DNA of 64,000 bases. It comes from Anaerosomatales bacterium. GTDB taxonomy: Bacteria > Actinomycetota > Coriobacteriia > Anaerosomatales > SLCP01. Made by a program: the position numbers and the translations under genes. Shown here piece by piece: positions 24,627-33,108 of the stretch (position 1 is its first letter; every line of letters starts with the position of its first letter). The notes under the pieces were generated by a model. The model searched no databases, was not told the origin of the DNA, and saw nothing but the letters and a program-made list of their open reading frames with translations. The stretch lies in contig JARGFT010000002.1 in NCBI GenBank assembly GCA_029210645.1, forward strand, positions 40,016-104,015. Reading direction: 5' to 3'.

Positions 24627-25508
24627 CTAGTCTGCGTTCGGAATGAACAACGGTTCGCCGTAGGTGTCCACGCCGAACTCACGAATGATGTCCTGCCCCG
24701 CCGGCGAGACGATCCAGTCCGCGAACGCCTGCGCACCGTCATGGTTGTTTGCGTCGGTCACGACGATGACGCCGTACGGGTTGAAGAGCGCTTCATCACC
24801 TTCGACAACGACCACGAGATCGATCCGGTCCTTCATGGCGAGGTAAGTGCCACGGTCGGCGAGAGTGTACGCCTCGCTCTCAGAGGCCATGTTGAGCGTG
24901 TCGCCCATGCCCTGCCCGATCGACAGATACCATTCGCCAGCAGGCTCGATACCCGCAGCGCTCCACAGACTCAACTCCTTCTTGTGAGTCCCCGAATCGT
25001 CGCCCCGAGACACAAAGGTGTGACCCCCCTCGGAGATCGCAGTCAGAGCCGCAGCTGCGTCATTGCCGCCTGCGATGCCGGCAGGATCAGCGTCAGGCCC
25101 GACGATGACGAAGTCATTGTACATGACGTCACGGCGTTCGATACCGTAGCCGTCGGCCACGAGCTGCTCCTCATCGGCCTTCGCATGCACGAGGAGTACG
25201 TCTGCGTCCTTGTTGCGACCGATCTCGAGAGCCTGACCCGTGCCCACCGCGACCACATCGATGCGGTACTGCGGGTAGTCATCCTGGAACGCAGGTACGA
25301 GAACGCCGAAAAGTCCGGAGTCCTCCGTCGAGGTGGTCGAGGCGAGGATGACGTTAGTGACCTCGACGGGCTCCTCGACTACCGGCTCCTCGATCTCCTC
25401 GGGTTCTTCGGCTGCTCCGCACGCGGCAAGCGACACCGCCATCACTACCGCGAGAGCCAGGAGCAGTGTCCGCTTCCACACCGCGGACGACACAAGATGT
25501 TCGAGCAT
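24627..25508 (-). CDS. tupA: tungstate-binding lipoprotein TupA
   Basis: Lipoprotein signal (LLLALAVVMAVSLAAC). TupA-type anion-binding blocks ILASTTSTEDSGLF and FVSRGDDSGTHKKE. ATG 25508 is preceded by AAGGAG. The 120-codon upstream extension in the track is the riboswitch leader. Confidence 0.78.
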   Translation of the reverse strand: MLEHLVSSAVWKRTLLLALAVVMAVSLAACGAAEEPEEIEEPVVEEPVEVTNVILASTTSTEDSGLFGVLVPAFQDDYPQYRIDVVAVGTGQALEIGRNKDADVLLVHAKADEEQLVADGYGIERRDVMYNDFVIVGPDADPAGIAGGNDAAAALTAISEGGHTFVSRGDDSGTHKKELSLWSAAGIEPAGEWYLSIGQGMGDTLNMASESEAYTLADRGTYLAMKDRIDLVVVVEGDEALFNPYGVIVVTDANNHDGAQAFADWIVSPAGQDIIREFGVDTYGEPLFIPNAD

Positions 25509-25513
25509 ATTGG

Positions 25514-25616
25514 GTCTCCTTTCCACCGGGAGGCGAGGAGGTTTCCCGTCCCCACCCTGTCGGTCCGGGATCCGTGGCCCGCTCGGCTGGGCCGTAGGAA
25601 ATCCGGACTCGGAGCT
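25514..25616 (-). promoter_or_regulatory. Moco/Tuco-type riboswitch-like element controlling tupABC
   Basis: RNA reads GCUCCGAGUCCGGAU...CCUCGCCUCCCGGUGGAAAGGAGAC-CCAAU-AUG. The block CGCCUCCCG-N-GGAAAGG matches the conserved 3' core of the E. coli moaA Moco RNA. The P1 3' strand (GGAG) is the tupA Shine-Dalgarno sequence. Confidence 0.6.
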
Positions 25617-25716
25617 ACGTCGCCGCGCAGATGGCGGCCTGCCGAGAACCATAACGAAAGCGCCCGACTGAACAACCGCAGCGCCACCGGCGGTGCAGAA
25701 GTCAGCCGCATGCGGT

Positions 25717-25923
25717 CTAGTCGACCGCGAGCATGACGCTGTCGGCCTTGACGACGGCAACGGCCGGCGAGCCCTCGGAAAGTCCGAGTTCCTTGACTGC
25801 GTCAACCGTGACCACAGATACGATGTGCTGGCCACCGACGTCGAGCACAACCTGCGCCTCGACGGCACCTTCCTTTACGGAGACGACGGTGCCGCGAAGC
25901 TGGTTACGTGCGCTGATCTTCAT
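25717..25923 (-). CDS. mop: Mop/TOBE molybdate- or tungstate-binding protein (68 aa)
   Basis: MKISARNQLRGTVVSVKEGAVEAQVVLDVGGQHIVSVVTVDAVKELGLSEGSPAVAVVKADSVMLAVD. GGAGGAGG lies upstream of ATG 25923. Confidence 0.8.
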   Translation of the reverse strand: MKISARNQLRGTVVSVKEGAVEAQVVLDVGGQHIVSVVTVDAVKELGLSEGSPAVAVVKADSVMLAVD

Positions 25924-26009
25924 GAATGCACCTCCTCCGCGTATAGCGGTTATACTAAAGTGAAGTTTAGCATGCCCCGCCACAAGCCGAGCCGCGAGAA
26001 TGGTGTGCG

Positions 26010-27002
26010 ATGCACAACCTTGACGACATCAGCCGTCTCGACGCGATCCGAGTGCTGGCGGCACCTCACCGCTTCGAGATCCTCCGGATCCTGCTCGCAC
26101 AGCCGCAGACGATCACGATGCTCGGAGCTCGCCTCGGAAAGCACCCGGCGTGGGTGCGCCATCACGTCAAAGCGCTCGAAGCGGCCAAGCTTGTCAGGCT
26201 CACTGAGGTCCGCGCCACGCGGAACTTCACAGAGAAGTACTATGCCGGGACATCAGCGGCGTTCTCCATCTCGCTGGTCGTACGCCCGGAGCCCGGTCCG
26301 GAATCTCCACTCATTGCCATGGTGAGCCACGACATGGCGGTCGAGGCCCTGGCGGATGACCCTGACGATCCCCATCCGCTCGCGACCATGGTCGCCGGGA
26401 GTCTCGACAGCTTGATCGGCGTGCGCCAGGGTCTGGCCGATATCGCGGGGTGCCATCTGCTCGACTCCGACACCGGGGAGTACAACGCGCCCTACGCCCG
26501 TCACATCTTCCCCGACCGGGACGTCATCCTGGTTACCCTCGCCCACCGGGAGCAGGGGCTCATCGTTCCGCCCGCCAATCCTCACGGCGTCTCGTCGATC
26601 GCCGACGTGGCCGAGGGAAGGCTCCGCCTTGCGAATCGCAACCGCGGCTCGGGCACGCGACTGTGGACAGACCACGCCCTGACCGAGATGGGCGCCGATA
26701 CCTCGGCCATACCCGGGTACGAGACCGCGTACGAGACGCACACCGGCGTGGCCGAGGCTATCGCCCGGGGAACGGCCGACGTGGCGGTGGGAGTCGCGGC
26801 TGCCGCCGAACGGCTCGGCCTCGGATTCGTACCCCTGTTCAGAGAACGCTACGACCTCCTGATGCCTGTGGAGGTCTACCAGCGCGAGGAGACTGTCCGC
26901 CTCATCGAACGGCTTCACAGCAAGGCATTCAGGCACACCGTCTCCCGCATCCCGGGCTACGAGTCCGGGGCCACGGGGGATGAGCTCCGGCTTGCGGTCT
27001 AG
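26010..27002 (+). CDS. transcriptional regulator: ArsR-type winged HTH plus periplasmic-binding-protein-like (oxyanion-binding) domain
   Basis: N-terminal LAAPHRFEILRILLAQPQTITMLGARLGKHPAWVRHHVKALEAAKLV (ArsR HTH). The C-terminal roughly 220 aa are PBP-like (IAMVSHDMAVEAL..., NRNRGSGTRLW, TGVAEAIARGTADVAVG). Divergent from mop. Confidence 0.7.
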   Translation: MHNLDDISRLDAIRVLAAPHRFEILRILLAQPQTITMLGARLGKHPAWVRHHVKALEAAKLVRLTEVRATRNFTEKYYAGTSAAFSISLVVRPEPGPESPLIAMVSHDMAVEALADDPDDPHPLATMVAGSLDSLIGVRQGLADIAGCHLLDSDTGEYNAPYARHIFPDRDVILVTLAHREQGLIVPPANPHGVSSIADVAEGRLRLANRNRGSGTRLWTDHALTEMGADTSAIPGYETAYETHTGVAEAIARGTADVAVGVAAAAERLGLGFVPLFRERYDLLMPVEVYQREETVRLIERLHSKAFRHTVSRIPGYESGATGDELRLAV

Positions 27003-27049
27003 AGGGATCGCTGGCTGGCTCCGACGGCTGATCGCGAACGTGCCAGCCT

Positions 27050-27940
27050 TCAGCCGAGCTGCTTCCTCACGTGAGCGAGGAACGCTTCGGCCGCCCGCGT
27101 AAGTGTGGTGCGCGGCGTGACGATGTAGAGAGGCCGGGAGACAGGGAACTCCGCCACGGGCACCGCCGCAACCGTCCCGAGCTCGAGCGCCTTGCAAGCA
27201 ACCCACGTGCTGACCATCGCCAGGCCCATCTCGCCCTCGACGGCACTCACGATCGCTTCGCTCGTGCCCAGTTCGGTCAGCACGTGAAGCTCGGCCGGGT
27301 CCATGCCCGCCTCGCGCAGGGCGTCCTCGGCGACCTGTCGGGTGCCGGAACCCTCCTCGCGCATGATGAACGGCTCGGCGACCGCCACTTCGATGGATAC
27401 CTGCTTCGCGGCAGCAAACCGGTGCGTGGGAGGACAGATCATGACGATGTCGTCCGTGCCCGCGGGCTCGAAATCGACGCGAGTGCCCTTGACGACCGCA
27501 CCAGTCATGCCGAGGTCGGCATGGCCCCCGGCGACCGTTTCGGCGACGCCAGCGGTGTCTGTGACCGCGAGTGAGATGCTCACCTCGGGATTCTCTTGAA
27601 GGAACGATCCGAGGAGCCTCGGCAGAAGGTACTGGCCCGGAGTGGTGCTCGCCACGACGGAGAGCCTACCGGTGACGGCGTCGGCCATGCGGACCAGGTC
27701 CTCGCGCGCGGCTTCGAGTTCCTTTAGCACCGCGCGCGCATGCGGCAGCAGCGACGCCCCTGCCTCGGTGAGCTCGATCTTGCGGTACGCGCGGTCGAGC
27801 AGCGTCACGCCGAGGTCGGCTTCGAGTCCCTGCACCTGCATGGTGACGGCCGGCTGAGAGATGCTCATGGCGCGTGCGGCCGCCGAGAAGGATCCTTGAT
27901 CCACGACCATCACGAACGCTCGAATCTGAGCGAGGTTCAC
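27050..27940 (-). CDS. LysR-family transcriptional regulator
   Basis: VNLAQIRAFVMVVDQGSFSAAARAMSISQPAVTMQVQGLEADLGVTLLDR followed by a LysR substrate-binding domain. GTG 27940 is preceded by GGGAGGAG. Confidence 0.85.
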   Translation of the reverse strand: MNLAQIRAFVMVVDQGSFSAAARAMSISQPAVTMQVQGLEADLGVTLLDRAYRKIELTEAGASLLPHARAVLKELEAAREDLVRMADAVTGRLSVVASTTPGQYLLPRLLGSFLQENPEVSISLAVTDTAGVAETVAGGHADLGMTGAVVKGTRVDFEPAGTDDIVMICPPTHRFAAAKQVSIEVAVAEPFIMREEGSGTRQVAEDALREAGMDPAELHVLTELGTSEAIVSAVEGEMGLAMVSTWVACKALELGTVAAVPVAEFPVSRPLYIVTPRTTLTRAAEAFLAHVRKQLG

Positions 27941-28061
27941 CGGACTCCTCCCGTCACCACGGGCGCTGATACGCCCCACCGAGTGTAATGCTACCCGAAC
28001 GGCGGTGTGGGCGGAGGACAGGTCGTGTTTGCGTGATGTCAGGCGGTGGTACCATCTCCTC

Positions 28062-28490
28062 ATGCCTACTCGTGATAACCATTCTCACTTTGGAAGCGGC
28101 CGAGTGACCGACCGTCGCCGCTCGGTGGCAGCTGCCGCCGACGGGTTCGCACGTGCGTTCACCGTTGACGACCTGATAGCCGCAGCACGTGCGCACTCGC
28201 CGGGAATCGGTATCGCCACCGTGTACCGGGCCGTGGCTGCAATGGAGGGCGCGGGTGCGCTCGAGCGTGTCGGGAGCAGGGATGGCAGCGCGCTCTACGT
28301 GCGCTGCTCGGAAGACGAGCATCACCACCACCTCGTCTGCACCGCCTGTGGCGCGGTGGCTCACACTCCGTGTCCTCTCGGCACGAACATGCCCGATTCC
28401 GCCCACGAGGGATTCGTCGTGACCAGCCACCAGATCACGCTCTACGGGCTCTGCGCTGCGTGCGCCGGCACCGGCGCAGTTAGGGGCTGA
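28062..28490 (+). CDS. Fur-family metalloregulator
   Basis: VTDRRRSV..., IATVYRAVAAMEGAGAL, HHHHLVCTACG...C, YGLCAACA. The start is uncertain (ATG 28062 or GTG 28110). The gene ends 8 nt before cbiM. Confidence 0.8.
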   Translation: MPTRDNHSHFGSGRVTDRRRSVAAAADGFARAFTVDDLIAAARAHSPGIGIATVYRAVAAMEGAGALERVGSRDGSALYVRCSEDEHHHHLVCTACGAVAHTPCPLGTNMPDSAHEGFVVTSHQITLYGLCAACAGTGAVRG

Positions 28491-28497
28491 CGCGCGC

Positions 28498-29319
28498 ATG
28501 TCGCACATCCACATCCCCGACGGTGTACTGCCGCTCTGGCTCTGGGCCGCCGGCTGGTTGGTCGCGCTGGCGATGATCGCTGTGGCGGGCCGGGTCGCAT
28601 CGCGCTCCGAAGCACGCCGGAAGGTGCCTCTCGTCGGGGTGGTCGCGGCGCTCATGATCGTGTCGATGTCCTCCGAGATCGTCCCCATCGCCTACCACGT
28701 CAACCTCTCCGTGATCGGTGGCATCCTGCTCGGGCCGGCGCTCTCGGTGATCACCGCGTTCATCGTCGGCGGCGTACTCGCCATGTTCGGCCACGGCGGG
28801 GTCACGGTGCTCGGACTGAACACGACGGTGCTCGGTGCGGAGATGGTGATCGGTTGGGCGATCTTCCATGGGTTGCTGCGCGTGATCGGCCGACCACGCG
28901 CAGCGCTCGGGGCGGGTCTTGCCACGGTGCTGACCCTCGCGGTGACGACCTCGCTCGTCGTCGGCGTGGTCTGGCTCGGCGGGGCGGGAGCTGCAGCCGA
29001 ACGAGAGACCGGCGCACTCGATCCGGCGACCATGCGGTTCGAGAACCCGTTCGCCGGTGGGATCTTCGAACTGGGCCTTCTCGATGGCGGGCGCGGTGAA
29101 GACGCGGCGGACACACACGATGAGGCCGAGCGGTACCTCTCGGCCGGCCGCTTCGCGGCGGTCGTCTACACCCTCGGTCCGTTCGGTTGGCTGATCGAGG
29201 CGCTCGTCACTGCCGGGATCATCGGATACGTGGCCCGGGTGCGCCCGCTCATGGTCTTCGAAGGCGCGCTCGCCGAGGAGCGCCAGCGCATCCCCGGAGA
29301 CGAGAGCGGGGGCCACTAG
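28498..29319 (+). CDS. cbiM: ECF-type Co/Ni transporter substrate-capture subunit CbiM/NikM, with C-terminal extension
   Basis: N-terminal MSHIHIPDGVLPLWLW followed by multiple TM helices. An extra C-terminal TM helix (FAAVVYTLGPFGWLIEALVTAGIIGYV) could be a fused N-like component. Confidence 0.82.
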   Translation: MSHIHIPDGVLPLWLWAAGWLVALAMIAVAGRVASRSEARRKVPLVGVVAALMIVSMSSEIVPIAYHVNLSVIGGILLGPALSVITAFIVGGVLAMFGHGGVTVLGLNTTVLGAEMVIGWAIFHGLLRVIGRPRAALGAGLATVLTLAVTTSLVVGVVWLGGAGAAAERETGALDPATMRFENPFAGGIFELGLLDGGRGEDAADTHDEAERYLSAGRFAAVVYTLGPFGWLIEALVTAGIIGYVARVRPLMVFEGALAEERQRIPGDESGGH

Positions 29320-30119
29320 TGGACATCGGGCGCATCGACGCCGCGGCAACGCTCGGTGACTCGTGGCTTCACCGGGTGGCGCCTGGGAGCAAGCTCGTGG
29401 CGTTCGCGCTGGTGCTCGCTGCCGTGATCGCGAGCTGGAATGTGCTCGTCGTGGGCTCGCTCACCATCGCGCTCCTCGCCGTGGCGGCCTCCGCGCGGCT
29501 CGATGGACGGCTGCTCCTCGGGCTTGCGGGCTACCCGGCCCTCTTCGCGCTGATCTTCGCGTTCAGCGCCGCGACCAGCGTCCTCGGCGGAGCGACAATC
29601 GTCCTCAAAGCGGTGACGGCAGCGCTTGCCGCGGTCACGGTGATCCTGACCACGCCCTACCCGTACGTGTTCGCCCCCATCCAGCGGGTCGTGCCCGCCA
29701 TCGTCGGCGATGCGCTGCTGATGACGTACCGCTCGCTCTTCCTTCTGCTCGAGAAGTTCGGCAACCTGCTGACCGCCGCCCGTTTGCGGGCGGGGCTGGC
29801 CGCCGGGCACCCGGTACGTGCGGCACGGGCCACCACGCGAGCACTCGGAGGCCTGCTCATCTACTCGTTCGACCTCTCCCAACGCTCCTACGACATCATG
29901 CGCATGCGCGGCTACGAGGGCCGCCTGCGCGTCACGCTGCCCACGAGCACGTCTCCCGGGACCGACGCGCTTCTCATCGGAGGTGCCGCCGCGCTGCTCG
30001 CCACATCGCTCGCCTGGCGATTCGGCTGGCAGACCCTGAACCCGTACAGCTGGGTGGTGCCGCTCGTTCCGCTCGCGGCACTGGCCATCACGCTGCTCGC
30101 GAGAGGACGCACGACATGA
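29319..30119 (+). CDS. cbiQ: ECF transporter transmembrane (T) component CbiQ
   Basis: GTG 29319 overlaps the cbiM TAG. VDIGRIDAAATLGDSWLHRVAPGSKLVAFALVLAAV... and ARLRAG.... Confidence 0.78.
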   Translation: MDIGRIDAAATLGDSWLHRVAPGSKLVAFALVLAAVIASWNVLVVGSLTIALLAVAASARLDGRLLLGLAGYPALFALIFAFSAATSVLGGATIVLKAVTAALAAVTVILTTPYPYVFAPIQRVVPAIVGDALLMTYRSLFLLLEKFGNLLTAARLRAGLAAGHPVRAARATTRALGGLLIYSFDLSQRSYDIMRMRGYEGRLRVTLPTSTSPGTDALLIGGAAALLATSLAWRFGWQTLNPYSWVVPLVPLAALAITLLARGRTT

Positions 30120-31000
30120 CAGGATACGATCCCGACCGGCACGCGGAGGCCAACCGGGACCTCGAGGCGATCGTGCACGTGAGCTGCGTGCGCCACTCGT
30201 ACGAAGACGGTACGACCGTGCACCTGTGCGGCCTCGACTTCCTCGTCCATCGCGGCCAGCGGGTAGCCGTGCTCGGCCCGAACGGATCGGGGAAGACCAC
30301 GCTCCTCTACCACCTCCTCGGCCTGCTCCGGAGCCGTGAGGGCGAGGTGCGCGTGTTCGGCGTGGACCCGGCCGAAGCGTGGCCGAAGATCCGCCAGCGG
30401 GTCGGAGTCGTACTGCAAAACGTCGACGAGCAGCTTCTCGCCCCGACGGTCGCCGATGACATCGCCTTCTCCCCGCGCCAGTACGGGATGGCCGAGCATG
30501 AGGTCTCCTGCCGGGTGGACACCGCGCTCGACCTCCTCGGCATCGGAAACCTGCGCGACCGCGTGCCGCACAACCTGTCCGGCGGCGAGAAGCGCAAGGT
30601 CGCGCTCGCCGGTGCGCTGGTCATGGAGCCCGAGCTGCTCGTGCTCGACGAGCCGTTCGAGGGGCTCGATCCCGCATCGCGCCAGACGCTCATCGACCTG
30701 CTGGAGCGGCTCGCTACCGAGGATGGCGTCACGGTCGTGATGTCGACCCACGACATCGACTCGGTGCCGGAGTTCGCAGACTACGCCTACGTGCTCGCGC
30801 CCGGCGGCACGATCGTGTTCTCGGGCACGCCCGCAGAGGTGTTCTCCGAGCCCGAGCTCCTTGCGCAAGGCAATATCAAGCCGCCGATACTCGCCGAGCT
30901 GTTCGCGGCGCTCGGCCGTGCGGAACCGGACGCCCCGCCGACTGCACTTTCGATCGACCACGCGGTCGAGGCACTCGTGCGCTGGAAGCGCGGGAGCTAG
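30116..31000 (+). CDS. cbiO: ECF transporter ATPase CbiO
   Basis: The ATG overlaps the cbiQ stop (ATGA). Walker A GPNGSGKTT, signature LSGGEKRKVALAGAL, Walker B LVLDEP. The 545-aa track ORF is an out-of-frame N-terminal artefact. Confidence 0.9.
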   Translation: MTGYDPDRHAEANRDLEAIVHVSCVRHSYEDGTTVHLCGLDFLVHRGQRVAVLGPNGSGKTTLLYHLLGLLRSREGEVRVFGVDPAEAWPKIRQRVGVVLQNVDEQLLAPTVADDIAFSPRQYGMAEHEVSCRVDTALDLLGIGNLRDRVPHNLSGGEKRKVALAGALVMEPELLVLDEPFEGLDPASRQTLIDLLERLATEDGVTVVMSTHDIDSVPEFADYAYVLAPGGTIVFSGTPAEVFSEPELLAQGNIKPPILAELFAALGRAEPDAPPTALSIDHAVEALVRWKRGS

Positions 31001-31028
31001 GCGCCGTCGGAGCCGCAGCACCTCGCCG

Positions 31029-31709
31029 TCACGCGCCAGCCTCCCGCTTCCTCAGATACACGAGTGTCGCGATGAGCGAGAGCGACATGACCACCTCGCT
31101 GGAGTTGATCAGCACGAACGCGGCCTCACCGGCGCGCATCGCCTGGGAGGCGAGAACCGGTAGCGCTCCCAGCAGCATCCACGACCAGCGACCGCGGGTT
31201 CGCCACAGCACTATGGCGCCACAGACGATGACCACGAGCAGCATCGTGAGCGAGGGCGGCGGCGGGGTGAAGATGCGACCGACGTTGGTGTAGTAGACGA
31301 CGTCGCCCTCTTCGACGAACTCGGGCACGAACGAGATCACCTCGTTGATGAGCCCGATCACGACCATCGCCGCGTAGAGCGTCCACGAGCCGACAGTGAA
31401 TGCGCGCTCACGCCCAGCGAACGCCCCCGCGCGCAGGGCGAGGCCCACAGCCGCGACGATCCAGATCGGGGTGAAGAGCGCGTGTCCGGCGAAGCGCGGG
31501 ATGGTCAGCCCGAGCAGCAGGTCGCCCGGGCCGATGTACGATCCCAGCGCGATCGCGAGGTTGTCGTAGACGACCGTAAGTGGCGGAAGCATGAGCGCAA
31601 GGGCGGTAGCGGAGCGCTCCTTGCGCCAGAGCGTGAACGCCCAGATGCCCAGCGCTCCCTGCGCCACGGCGTACGCGAAGTAGGCGGCGGTGTACGTCCC
31701 CACGACCAC
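31029..31709 (-). CDS. hypothetical integral membrane protein (about 7 helices)
   Basis: 226-aa hydrophobic ORF with coding-like codon usage and no recognisable motif. Confidence 0.5.
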   Translation of the reverse strand: MVVGTYTAAYFAYAVAQGALGIWAFTLWRKERSATALALMLPPLTVVYDNLAIALGSYIGPGDLLLGLTIPRFAGHALFTPIWIVAAVGLALRAGAFAGRERAFTVGSWTLYAAMVVIGLINEVISFVPEFVEEGDVVYYTNVGRIFTPPPPSLTMLLVVIVCGAIVLWRTRGRWSWMLLGALPVLASQAMRAGEAAFVLINSSEVVMSLSLIATLVYLRKREAGA

Positions 31710-31735
31710 GTCCCTTCAGGTCACGGCCTGCGCGG

Positions 31736-32929
31736 CTAGTCCATCTCCTTGACGGCGCGTGCGTACTGCGCGCCCCACTCGCGCGCCCCGGCGACCTCCT
31801 CGGCGCTCGGCCGGTACTTCTGCGTGTACGGCTCGAACGGGAGCTCGAACCCCAGCGCCTCGAGCTGACCGGAGATCTGCTTCGTCGCTCCACTGGACCA
31901 GCCGTACGAGCCGAAGGCGCCGCCGAGCTTGCCCTGGGGCTTGAGGCCGGAGAGGTACTGCAGGTAGCCCCCGACCCGATAGAGCATCCCGTGGTGGAGC
32001 GTGGGCGAGCCGAGCAGCAGCGCCCGGGAGTCGAGCAGATGCCGGGTGACGTGGGCGATCGGTGTGACCGCCAGGTCGAAGAGGTCGACCTCGACGCCCT
32101 CGGCGGCGATACCGTCGACTACGGCTCTTGCCAGGGTATCGGTCGAACCCCACATCGTCGAGAACGCGACGACGATCTTCTCACGAGTCTCGCCTGCGGT
32201 GAGTCGCGCGTAGGTGTCGAAGAGCGGACCGAGCGTCTCCCCGCGCCAGATCACGCCATGGCTCGGGGCGATCGTCTCGATCTCCCACCCGGTGGCGACC
32301 ACCTTCTCCACCGCTTTGGCGACCTGCTTGCCGAGGGGCATCAGGATGTTGGCGTAGTAGATGGTGAGCTCCTCGACAGCGAGATCGAGTCCGACCTCAT
32401 CGGCGAAGCGCTCCGAGGAGGCCATGTGCTGGCCGAAGGCATCGTTCGGCATCAGCACGCGCTCCTCGGCGCAGTAGGTGAACATGGAGTCGGGCCAGTG
32501 CACCATCGGCATCGGCAGGAAGCGCAGCGACACGCCACCCAGATCGATGACGTCGTCGGTTCCTACCGACTCGACCTCGAGCCCGTCGTGATACTCGGCG
32601 ACACCGGCAACGCCAGAGCGCGACGCCACGACGCGCGCGTTGGGCATCGCACGCATCACTCGACGCAGGCCGCCGTTGTGGTCGGGCTCGACATGGTTGA
32701 CCACGATCAGGTCGACGTCGGCCGGATCCATGACACTGCGCACGCGGGCGAGCAGCTCATCGACGAAGCGTCCCTTCACCGTGTCGACCAGCGCGGTCTT
32801 GTCCGTGCCGCGTACGAGGTAGGCGTTGTAGGTAGTGCCGCGGGGCGTCTCGTAGCCGTGGAAGTCGCGCAGGTTCCAGTCGATGGCACCTACCCAGCGG
32901 ATGGCATCTGAAACCGGTATGGATCGCAT
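31736..32929 (-). CDS. fprA: flavodiiron protein (FprA-type O2/NO reductase)
   Basis: Metallo-beta-lactamase-like diiron motif VNHVEPDHNGG, plus a C-terminal flavodoxin domain (IVVAFSTMWGSTDTLA...GSPTLHHG). Confidence 0.85.
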   Translation of the reverse strand: MRSIPVSDAIRWVGAIDWNLRDFHGYETPRGTTYNAYLVRGTDKTALVDTVKGRFVDELLARVRSVMDPADVDLIVVNHVEPDHNGGLRRVMRAMPNARVVASRSGVAGVAEYHDGLEVESVGTDDVIDLGGVSLRFLPMPMVHWPDSMFTYCAEERVLMPNDAFGQHMASSERFADEVGLDLAVEELTIYYANILMPLGKQVAKAVEKVVATGWEIETIAPSHGVIWRGETLGPLFDTYARLTAGETREKIVVAFSTMWGSTDTLARAVVDGIAAEGVEVDLFDLAVTPIAHVTRHLLDSRALLLGSPTLHHGMLYRVGGYLQYLSGLKPQGKLGGAFGSYGWSSGATKQISGQLEALGFELPFEPYTQKYRPSAEEVAGAREWGAQYARAVKEMD

Positions 32930-33108
32930 GCGTACGCTCCTTCGTTATCGCGGGATGGTGTGCTCTGTAGAAGATACCCGTTGCGGGGTCTCGAGCAGAG
33001 GCCTTCTGCTCAGACAGTCCTCGGCGGGGGCCCGGGCGCCTCCGGTCGCGATGCGACCTCCGCCGCCTCCCCGCCTGCGGAACTCGCATCAGACCCCTGC
33101 TCGAGACC

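Noticed and set aside
29363-31000. The 545-aa ORF treated as one protein. The same applies to other N-terminally extended track ORFs: 24627-25868, 43892-46225, 40787-42424, 52369-53793, 60172-61140 and 36268-37503.
   Set aside because: In each case the recognisable family sequence begins at an internal ATG or GTG with a Shine-Dalgarno sequence. That internal start often overlaps the upstream stop codon. The extension overlaps the upstream gene or a leader and is Arg/Pro-rich.
32981-33011. A hairpin (GTCTCGAGCAGA-GGCC-TTCTGCTCAGAC) between the polyprenyl synthase gene and fprA, considered as a regulatory element.
   Set aside because: It is most simply a factor-independent terminator-like stem after the polyprenyl synthase gene. 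It has no U tract and no second copy, so there is too little to call more than that.
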